Shown here one piece after another: positions 9,187-16,400 of a stretch of 51,173 nt of DNA. Below the pieces are notes generated by a model, which searched no databases, was not told the origin of the DNA, and saw nothing but the letters and a program-made list of their open reading frames with translations. The stretch's first letter is position 1. The number at the start of each line of letters is the position of its first letter. Source of the stretch: an uncultured Clostridiaceae bacterium. Lineage in GTDB: Bacteria; Bacillota; Clostridia; Monoglobales; Firm-18. A program made the translations under genes and the position numbers. The DNA is taken from assembly GCA_964455565.1 (NCBI GenBank), contig CAYVWT010000003.1, positions 1 to 51,173 of the forward strand, read 5' to 3'.

Positions 9187-10920
9187 TTAATATATATTTA
9201 AGTTAGCCAAAGCGGTGGTTTTTTGGATTTCAAAATTTGCTTTGTCATTTTTCCCTAATTTCTTGTATGCATTTGCTATTTCAAGTGTAAGCACCGGAAC
9301 TAATGGCGTATTAGGTGAAGACGCTATGGCTTCTTTAAACTGCTCAATCGCTTCGTTAATATACCCCATATTAAGCAATGTATAACCTTTTTCTGCATAA
9401 AACTTTTGTTTCTGCAAAAGCGATATAGGTAGTACCTTTTTAATTTCGATATCTGCTGTCATTAATCCTTTATATGAATTATAATGGTTTTCTAACACTT
9501 TTTCAATAGAAAAATAACTTATTGCTCTCTCACGAGACCTTTTTCCCAAATCTGCAATCATTTCTGGGTCCTTAAGTAGCTTTATAATTCCTGCCGCAAG
9601 CTCATCTGGAGCCTTTGGTGTAACTAATATTCCACAATCTCCAATTGCCTCTTTAATTCCACCAACATCGGTTGATACCACAGGTTTCCCACTCATCATT
9701 GCCTCGACAACTGAATAAGGAAATGCTTCTGAAATGCTTGATAATGCTATTATATCACCACTATTATATGCAGCTGGAACGTCATTTGTGTGCCCTGCAA
9801 AAATAAAATTATCTTTAAGATCAAGCTTTGCAACTCTTTTTAAGCATTCTTGATAATAATCCTCAACTGAAACAGAACCATATACAACCATCTTAACATC
9901 TGGTATTTCTTTTCGGATAATATCGGTAGCCTCAATAAGTGAGATAATATCTTTTAATGGATCTATTCTTGCAATTGATACAACTGTTGGCGAGCTATTT
10001 TTATTTTTCACCTCCATAGGAGCAAAAATGTTATTGTCTACACCATTATATATTACATTTATCTTTGACTTTTCAACGCCAAAACGTTCTTCCCAACGGG
10101 TGTTATATTTACAAACAGGTGAAACAATATCTGCATAATGATAATTCACACTTATTATTGAATTTATCATACGGATAAAAAATGTATTTAAAAAAGACGG
10201 ATATCCCCTTTTAGATAGGGATAGATATTGCTCACGAATATACACTCCATGTTCTGTAAGCATATATGGTGTTTTGTTTTCGATTTTTGATAATATGCAA
10301 GGAATTCCACAAAATGCCGCCGCCGCAGAATGAGTAACATCAACCTTTGGAATTGGGGTGTTTAGCGTAACCATAAACCTGTAAACCCAGCCTAAGCTTT
10401 GAATAAGGGCATATATGCTTGGGGCATCGATATTATTTTCTGCATCATTTGCAAAATCACTAACAAGTTCCTTATATACTTCCCATGTAATTTCAGATTT
10501 GAAGCTTTTTTTATATTCATAATTTTGAAAATATAAATATAAATCGTAAAATATTTCCCCAAGCTTTTGTGGGTTCTTTTCAATACTTAATATTTCAAGT
10601 ATAAGCACCTTAAAAAGAGGTATAAATTTTTTAGAAACTACATCGTCTGTCGTTCTTTTTTTAAGCAAATATACCTTTGAAAAAGGCACATCAAGGTGTT
10701 CGCATGGTTCTTCCGTGCCCCAAAGAGGGACTTTTAAAAGCTCGGTAGAAGAAGGTAGGTCATATATTTGTGAAACGTATGGGTTCATCATTAGGCTGTA
10801 TAATACATAATCAACACCTTGTAGCTGTTTAACAAGAATATCACACCATGTACTAACGCCGCCCGGATGGAACGGATATGTTCCCTCTGTTGACAACATT
10901 ACTTTTATATTATCGCTCAC
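9187..10920 (-). CDS. pelF: PelF-like GT4 glycosyltransferase with a C-terminal TPR extension
   Basis: GTG start at 10920, 5 nt after GGGAGGG. The N-terminal LSTEGTYPFHPGGVSTW matches the EG.YP...GGVS.W motif of the PelF/DUF3492 N-domain. A GT4 E-x7-E motif is present (SEAFPYSVVEAM, then GKPVVSTDVGG). The last roughly 75 aa are TPR-like (YAEKGYTLLNMGYINEAIEQFKEAI…LEIANAYKKLGKNDKA). Confidence 0.7.
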   Translation of the reverse strand: MSDNIKVMLSTEGTYPFHPGGVSTWCDILVKQLQGVDYVLYSLMMNPYVSQIYDLPSSTELLKVPLWGTEEPCEHLDVPFSKVYLLKKRTTDDVVSKKFIPLFKVLILEILSIEKNPQKLGEIFYDLYLYFQNYEYKKSFKSEITWEVYKELVSDFANDAENNIDAPSIYALIQSLGWVYRFMVTLNTPIPKVDVTHSAAAAFCGIPCILSKIENKTPYMLTEHGVYIREQYLSLSKRGYPSFLNTFFIRMINSIISVNYHYADIVSPVCKYNTRWEERFGVEKSKINVIYNGVDNNIFAPMEVKNKNSSPTVVSIARIDPLKDIISLIEATDIIRKEIPDVKMVVYGSVSVEDYYQECLKRVAKLDLKDNFIFAGHTNDVPAAYNSGDIIALSSISEAFPYSVVEAMMSGKPVVSTDVGGIKEAIGDCGILVTPKAPDELAAGIIKLLKDPEMIADLGKRSRERAISYFSIEKVLENHYNSYKGLMTADIEIKKVLPISLLQKQKFYAEKGYTLLNMGYINEAIEQFKEAIASSPNTPLVPVLTLEIANAYKKLGKNDKANFEIQKTTALANLNIY

Positions 10921-10957
10921 AAATACCCTCCCATCTTATATATTTTTTATAAACATC

Positions 10958-11311
10958 TTACTCTTGGCTTTTAAATTTATCTACTTCCATTTTTAATAAT
11001 CCAACCTCTTGTATTAAAGTATTTACAAGAATAAATGTTTTTGATAATGCCTTTGTTAAAGAAAGGATTATTAGTATAAGCCCAAAGGTTATAATAAGAA
11101 ACAACGTATTTACAGGCTGTTTAATGGACAAAATATCGGATATTAATTCTATTGCTCCTGGCAGAATAGTTATTATTATCAGTCCAATTGTTGATACAAG
11201 CCAAACAAGTGCATAATGTAATTCTAATTTTCTATTTGCAACAAGATTGATTATATATATAAGAAAAACTGTTGTTGTAACTAATAGAATAATTTGTAGC
11301 CTTGTGTCCAA
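10958..11311 (-). CDS. Small 4-TM membrane protein (DUF2304-like), typically partnered with a GT2
   Basis: 117 aa with three to four hydrophobic helices and a short charged C-terminus (LLKMEVDKFKSQE). It lies immediately downstream of a soluble GT2, which is the usual DUF2304 context. Confidence 0.5.
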   Translation of the reverse strand: MDTRLQIILLVTTTVFLIYIINLVANRKLELHYALVWLVSTIGLIIITILPGAIELISDILSIKQPVNTLFLIITFGLILIILSLTKALSKTFILVNTLIQEVGLLKMEVDKFKSQE

Positions 11312-11344
11312 TATAATTTCCCCCTAAAAATGACATTAGTAAAT

Positions 11345-12046
11345 TTATTTTTTAGTTCTTTTTGCAATAGCTGTGATAAGAATTGCGGTTATAACCTTTA
11401 TCATATAATAAACTGATGCCTTTTTACCTATACTTGAGCTTCCGTTAATTCTTTCGTTCATTGTAACTGGAACTTCACATACTTTAAGACCATATTTACT
11501 TGCAGTAACTATCGAGCCTGGCTCTGGATAATCATGCGGATATTCCCAAGCAAAAAGCCTTGTTGCCTTTTTATCACAAACTCTGTAACCAGAGGTAGGA
11601 TCTGAAATATCTTCGCCTGTAAGTATTCTAATAAGCCAGTATAAAATTAATATTCCAAGCCTTCTAATTGCAGATGACTGAAAACCCTCGTAGGTGATAA
11701 ATCTTGAACCAACACAAAGATTATTCCCATTCTTAACAGCCTCTATCATTTTCTCCATACAAGCTGGGCTATGCTGTCCGTCGCCGTCTAATTGGACTAC
11801 AATATCATAATTATTATATACGGCATATTTAAACCCTGTTTGTCTTGCCCCACCTATGCCTAAATTGGCAGGTAATTTAACTACCATCTCTCTATTTCTT
11901 TCTCGGCATATTTTGTAGGAATTATCAATAGAACCATCATCTATAACAAGCACGTCATAGTAGGGGCATTTTTCCCTTATTTCATCTAAGACAAGAGAAA
12001 TGTTTTTTTCCTCGTTAAAAATCGGAATAATAATTAGTACCTTCAT
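11345..12046 (-). CDS. Family 2 glycosyltransferase (Dpm1/GtrB-like polyprenyl-phosphate sugar synthase type)
   Basis: MKVLIIIPIFNEEKNI…YDVLVIDDGSIDNS…VQLDGDGQHSP (GT-A fold with DxD). A hydrophobic or amphipathic C-terminal helix is present (YYMIKVITAILITAIA). Confidence 0.8.
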   Translation of the reverse strand: MKVLIIIPIFNEEKNISLVLDEIREKCPYYDVLVIDDGSIDNSYKICRERNREMVVKLPANLGIGGARQTGFKYAVYNNYDIVVQLDGDGQHSPACMEKMIEAVKNGNNLCVGSRFITYEGFQSSAIRRLGILILYWLIRILTGEDISDPTSGYRVCDKKATRLFAWEYPHDYPEPGSIVTASKYGLKVCEVPVTMNERINGSSSIGKKASVYYMIKVITAILITAIAKRTKK

Positions 12047-12088
12047 TCAATATCCCCTATCATTTGTGTTTTTTATTAGTGTTTTTTA

Positions 12089-13405
12089 TTAGTATTTAAA
12101 TTCGTCATTTTCCCAATAGCCATTTTTAATTGTGCTATCTGCAGAAACTTGCTTGCCATTACCATTTTTCTTTCCGTTTTTCCATTCACCTTCATATAAT
12201 TCGCCAGTTGAATAATAAAAAGTGCCATATCCGTTAAATTCGCCATTACTCCACTGACCATCATAATAATTGCCATTATTCCATTGGAACCGACCTTTTC
12301 CAGAAATAAGCCCCTTATGCCATCCTCCAGAATAACTGTCACCACTTACCCATCTCATTGTGCCAATTCCTTGAAAAACTCCATCAACAATCTCGCCATC
12401 ATAATTATCGCCATTTGGCCATTGAAGGTTACATTTTCCATTCATACTATCGTTCTTCCAACCGCCAGAATATATAAACCCATCGGTTCGAGTTAGTTTT
12501 CCTTGCCCCTCTCGAATTCCGCCTGAAACCTGCCCTTCATACCTGCTACCGTCCTCATAATTTACTGCACCATAACCATTTGGAATACCATTAAAGCTTT
12601 CACCAATATATGCCGAACCATCTTTCATAGCAAGAACTTGGTTTTGATTAGAGTTAGAGTTAGAGTTAGAATTCGTATAATTATTATCTGTATTTGAAGT
12701 ATAAGTGTTGAAAACTGGCGCCTGATAATGCCCGTTGTAATAAGAAAAACCCAGCCTTACAAGGCGTTCTGTTTGAAGTTGGTTATTACTTGCTATTTTG
12801 TCAATGAGCACAGTATTATCATATGTTTTAACCTTCAAAGTTTCCCATAAAATTTCAATCATATCATTCTTGTTAAGAACTTTATCGTTTAAATTTTTAG
12901 CTTCTTTTGGAGGAATACCGCCAAAATAGGAATTGATATAAGCAGAAATTGTCGACATATTACTATCTAAGCTATATCCCATAGATTTTAATAGCATAGC
13001 TGTGAAAGTCTTTCCATCAATAAGCCTTTTAGGTGAAATGCTGTTACCTTGAATATCTAACAGTATCCTTTGATTAATTCCATAAGCAATATATTTTCTT
13101 GCCCAATCAGAAACCGTTGATCTGTCATTATAATTATTTAAGATGTTCCTAACATCGTATTCTGAGAGGCTTTGAATATCACTTTTCGATTTTACTAATC
13201 TCAGCAAAAATACAACCGCTGTTTCTGTATCAACGAAAGAGTTTAAGTCGGGCTCGAAAAAGCTTTGCGAAACACCATTATAAAAACCTAAATCATATAG
13301 AATTCTTGCTTCTTCAATATAGCTATTAGAAGCATATACATTAAAGCTAAGCGAAAATGTTAAAAGCAAAATAATACTTATTATATTTTTCATTATTCTT
13401 ACCAT
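12089..13405 (-). CDS. Secreted MORN-repeat protein with an SLH-like N-terminal module
   Basis: Signal peptide MVRIMKNIISIILLLTFSLSFNVYA. The N-terminal half has SLH-like segments (GFYNGVSQSFFEPDLNSFVDTETAVVFLLRL; DWARKYIAYGINQRIL). An (NS)n/NQ linker follows, then at least 7 MORN-type repeats (YEGQVSGGIREGQG, YSGGWKNDSMNGKC, YDGEIVDGVFQGIG, YSGGWHKGLISGKG, YDGQWSNGEFNGYG, YEGEWKNGKKNGNG). Confidence 0.7.
   Translation of the reverse strand: MVRIMKNIISIILLLTFSLSFNVYASNSYIEEARILYDLGFYNGVSQSFFEPDLNSFVDTETAVVFLLRLVKSKSDIQSLSEYDVRNILNNYNDRSTVSDWARKYIAYGINQRILLDIQGNSISPKRLIDGKTFTAMLLKSMGYSLDSNMSTISAYINSYFGGIPPKEAKNLNDKVLNKNDMIEILWETLKVKTYDNTVLIDKIASNNQLQTERLVRLGFSYYNGHYQAPVFNTYTSNTDNNYTNSNSNSNSNQNQVLAMKDGSAYIGESFNGIPNGYGAVNYEDGSRYEGQVSGGIREGQGKLTRTDGFIYSGGWKNDSMNGKCNLQWPNGDNYDGEIVDGVFQGIGTMRWVSGDSYSGGWHKGLISGKGRFQWNNGNYYDGQWSNGEFNGYGTFYYSTGELYEGEWKNGKKNGNGKQVSADSTIKNGYWENDEFKY
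12640..12676. repeat. In-frame hexanucleotide tandem repeat (gagtta)n encoding the (NS)n linker of the MORN protein
   Basis: gattagagttagagttagagttagaattc read directly. It translates on the minus strand as NSNSNSNSN. Confidence 0.9.
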
Positions 13406-13450
13406 AAGCCAACGACCTCTCCATTAAAACCAAGATACCTACTATTGCCT

Positions 13451-15340
13451 TTAAACGTACATATATGCCTCTTCTTCAGGCAATGGTTTTGCTAAATAAA
13501 ACCCTTGCAAATAATCACATTTCATATCTACAAGCATCTCACATTGAATATTATCTTCAACGCCCTCTGCTACTACTTTAAGCCCTAAATCATGGGTTAT
13601 GCTTATAATTGACCTAATAAACATTTCGCATTTTTCATTTGTTTTTAAATCGTCTAAGAAGGTTTTGTCTATTTTAATAATAGAAACTGGCATTTTCAAT
13701 AAATATGATAGGCTTGAATAGCCTGTGCCAAAATCGTCAATTGAAATAGTAATGCCCATATTTCTAATTTGTTCAATCTTCAAGCAATTTTCTTTAAAGT
13801 TATCCATAAAGCAGGATTCTGTTATCTCAAACCCTAAATTGTTTGGAGAAACACCTATTTGTTCAATAATTTTGGTAATATTTCCGATGAATTCATCTTT
13901 TAATATCTGCGTTGGTGTAAAATTTATATACACAATCAAATTTTTCTTACTGTTTTTTGAATTTATCCTCTTAGCAAAATAGCACGCCTTTTTAAATATA
14001 AGGTCGGTTATGTCATCTAATAGAGCCTCTTTTTCTGCTATTTGAATAATGTTATAAATAGGAATTTTATTGTATCTTTCATCTGTCCACCTAAGAAGCG
14101 CTTCAAACCCATACAATTCCTTGGTTTCAGATAAATACTGTGGTTGATAGTATAGTTCAAGTGCTTTTTGTTCTATTGCCTCAACTAAGTCAAGCTTCAT
14201 ATCATTACTAAATTTCAAATCATCAATCAAAACTTCATCTGCAAAATAGTATAAATTTTTGCCTTGATCTTTCGACTTATATAAAGCAATGCCGGCATAA
14301 TTCATAATAGCTTCGCTATTATTTGAATTGTTATCATATACAGAAATACCAATATTGGCAGATAACTCAGCCTTTTTATCTTTAACTATAATTTTTCTGC
14401 TAATTTGCTTTAAAATAATTTTCGCTAATTTCCCAATAGTATCTGCATTGCCTATGCCATTATATATTATGCCTACTTGGTCATAAGAGAGCCTTGCAAC
14501 ATATAGGTTGTCATTTATGCCTTTAATTCTGGTTAAAACTTCATTTATGAGTATATCATCAGAATATGAATCGAACAAGTAATTTGCAACAATAAATTCA
14601 TTTATTTCTATAAGAAGCAATGCTCCACTTGCTTTTTCGCCACCATCTGCACTATTTAAAATTGCATTTAAATTTTTTAAAAATTCCGTCTTTGTATCAT
14701 TATATGACGCCAGGCTTTTTATTACTTTTTCTTCAACAATTTTTGGTATTTTGTTGTAGGGCTTTGCCTCTTCATCTCTTTTACCAAAGAGTCCTATCAC
14801 ATCATTTTTATTATTTCCTGTAAAATCAACATTTTTTATCACGTTAAAATCTTCGTCATCTGATACGTGCATATTACCTTTTATGTGTATATCATCTATA
14901 TTTGTTTTTAGCAAAGAAATAACCTGAGCCAACAAATTTTCAATTCTTTCTTTTTTGTCATCAATTTCGTTTTGCAGGTCATTTAGGATTGCGTCATATT
15001 CTTCAATCTGAAACTTCGCTCTTTCTATAATTTGTTCGATTTTCTGATTTGCAATTTCGTCAATAAGTGAAATTGTTTTTTCAACCCTTTTATGAGCATC
15101 AATCATAAGCTCATTTTGGTTTATAAGTGGGGCTTCATCTTTATATATTATTTGATCTTGCTTCGCTTGTTCAAGTTCAAGAAGCAAATTTTCTTTTTTA
15201 GTTTCAAGCATTTTGATTTCTCTAATTAGCTTGTTTAATAATTTATTATGTCCTTCTAAAAGGCTCTCAATAAAATAATCGACATCATCTTTGTTAAGCC
15301 CTAAATATTTAGTTGGTATAGTTATATTTGGTGGTAACAT
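13451..15340 (-). CDS. DivIVA-like N-terminal coiled coil fused to a degenerate GGDEF domain and an intact EAL domain (c-di-GMP phosphodiesterase)
   Basis: The likely start is the ATG at 15340 (MLPPNITIPTKYLGLNKDDVDYFIESL), which aligns with the start of paralogue 7636..8697. The GGDEF motif position reads SYDQV (VARLSYDQVGII). EAL catalytic motifs are all present: YGFEALLRW, YINFTP, GFEITES, IDDFGTGYSS, IKIDKTF, VAEGVED, LQGFYLAKP. Confidence 0.8.
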   Translation of the reverse strand: MLPPNITIPTKYLGLNKDDVDYFIESLLEGHNKLLNKLIREIKMLETKKENLLLELEQAKQDQIIYKDEAPLINQNELMIDAHKRVEKTISLIDEIANQKIEQIIERAKFQIEEYDAILNDLQNEIDDKKERIENLLAQVISLLKTNIDDIHIKGNMHVSDDEDFNVIKNVDFTGNNKNDVIGLFGKRDEEAKPYNKIPKIVEEKVIKSLASYNDTKTEFLKNLNAILNSADGGEKASGALLLIEINEFIVANYLFDSYSDDILINEVLTRIKGINDNLYVARLSYDQVGIIYNGIGNADTIGKLAKIILKQISRKIIVKDKKAELSANIGISVYDNNSNNSEAIMNYAGIALYKSKDQGKNLYYFADEVLIDDLKFSNDMKLDLVEAIEQKALELYYQPQYLSETKELYGFEALLRWTDERYNKIPIYNIIQIAEKEALLDDITDLIFKKACYFAKRINSKNSKKNLIVYINFTPTQILKDEFIGNITKIIEQIGVSPNNLGFEITESCFMDNFKENCLKIEQIRNMGITISIDDFGTGYSSLSYLLKMPVSIIKIDKTFLDDLKTNEKCEMFIRSIISITHDLGLKVVAEGVEDNIQCEMLVDMKCDYLQGFYLAKPLPEEEAYMYV

Positions 15341-15499
15341 ATTATTACATTCCTTCCCTTGTATAAGCATAAACAGTATATACTTATATTAATTACACAA
15401 TGTAATTATACCTGTTATTAAACATATATTAAAGGCTTTTGTTATTTTTGGAATATGTAATGTATTTTTTAAATCATAATAACTAAAAATATAACGTTT

Positions 15500-16216
15500 C
15501 TACATTCCATCATACTCTGTAAGATATTTCGTATAATGCATAAAGGCTGCCTTTTTCCTGCTTTTACTTATGGGGATTACATAACCATTAGTGAGTATAA
15601 TATCACCCTCAACAATTGTTTTTATATGTGCCATATTAACCAAAAAACCCTGATGGACTCGAACAAATCCAAAAGTTTTTAACCTTTCCTCTTCGATTGT
15701 AAGCTTTGAATAAAAACCTATTCTGTCATTTGTGGTTACGGCAAAAACTTGCCTCTTAACACTTTCTAAATATAATAAATTATCTATATTTATTGTGATT
15801 AGCCTTGATTTTGTTTGTACAGAATATCGCTTTTCATTTTTGAATAATTCTTTGATGGCACTACTATAAGCTTTTTTTATTTGCTCCTCTGTAAAAGGCT
15901 TCATAATGTATCTAAATGCTTTCACCTCGTAGCCTAAAAAAACATAGTCCATACTTGATGTAACAAAAAATACTAAAACGCTACTATCAATTTCCAAAAT
16001 GCTCCTTACTGTTTCTATGCCATCAAGCTTTCCAAGCTTTGTTTCAAGGAATATCATATTAAAACGTATGCCCTTCTTTTTATACGCTGCAATAAGGTCC
16101 TCTCCACTATTATATAAATATATTTCCATTTCTCGGAATTCACGGTTATAGCTGCTTAATATTTGCCTTAATTCCTCAGCACTATTATTATCACAATCGC
16201 AAATTGCAATTTTCAT
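15500..16216 (-). CDS. Orphan LytTR-family response regulator with an atypical receiver domain (Glu at the phospho-acceptor position)
   Basis: The ATG at 16216 (MKIAICDCDNN) lies downstream of GGAAAGGA. Receiver domain: NMIFLETKLGKLDGIE, where the canonical motif is ..D..MP.MDG (D->E); FFVTS and IMKPF are conserved. C-terminal LytTR domain: LLYLESVKRQVFAVTTNDRIGFYSKLTIEEERL…FVRVHQGFLVNMAHI. No histidine kinase gene is adjacent. Confidence 0.8.
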   Translation of the reverse strand: MKIAICDCDNNSAEELRQILSSYNREFREMEIYLYNSGEDLIAAYKKKGIRFNMIFLETKLGKLDGIETVRSILEIDSSVLVFFVTSSMDYVFLGYEVKAFRYIMKPFTEEQIKKAYSSAIKELFKNEKRYSVQTKSRLITINIDNLLYLESVKRQVFAVTTNDRIGFYSKLTIEEERLKTFGFVRVHQGFLVNMAHIKTIVEGDIILTNGYVIPISKSRKKAAFMHYTKYLTEYDGM

Positions 16217-16299
16217 ATTTATAGCCACTATCCTTTCCCGCTCACGAAAATTAGTGAAATATATCAATATAATTTTATGCCTTTAACGGCTATGATTAC

Positions 16300-16328
16300 A
16301 TTATATATAATATGCGTGCAAAAAGCAA
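16300..16328 (-). promoter_or_regulatory. Candidate sigma-A promoter for the LytTR regulator gene
   Basis: On the minus strand: TTGCTT, 17 nt spacer, TATAAT, about 85 nt upstream of the ATG. The background is AT-rich, so specificity is low. Confidence 0.3.
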
Positions 16329-16400
16329 CAAAAATTACAAAATTCGTCGATAAAATATATAATTTCGCTAAAAGAAATGTAACAAATAATTTAATTACCG

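Noticed and set aside
12067-12092. Tandem duplication tgttttttattag x2 at the MORN gene 3' end
   Set aside because: It is a short AT-rich duplication spanning the stop codon and spacer. It has no hairpin potential and no obvious function beyond slippage.
12076-12345. 89-aa minus-strand ORF overlapping the MORN gene in another frame
   Set aside because: It is fully nested in the repeat-rich MORN coding region. Repeated G/N/Y codons keep alternative frames open.
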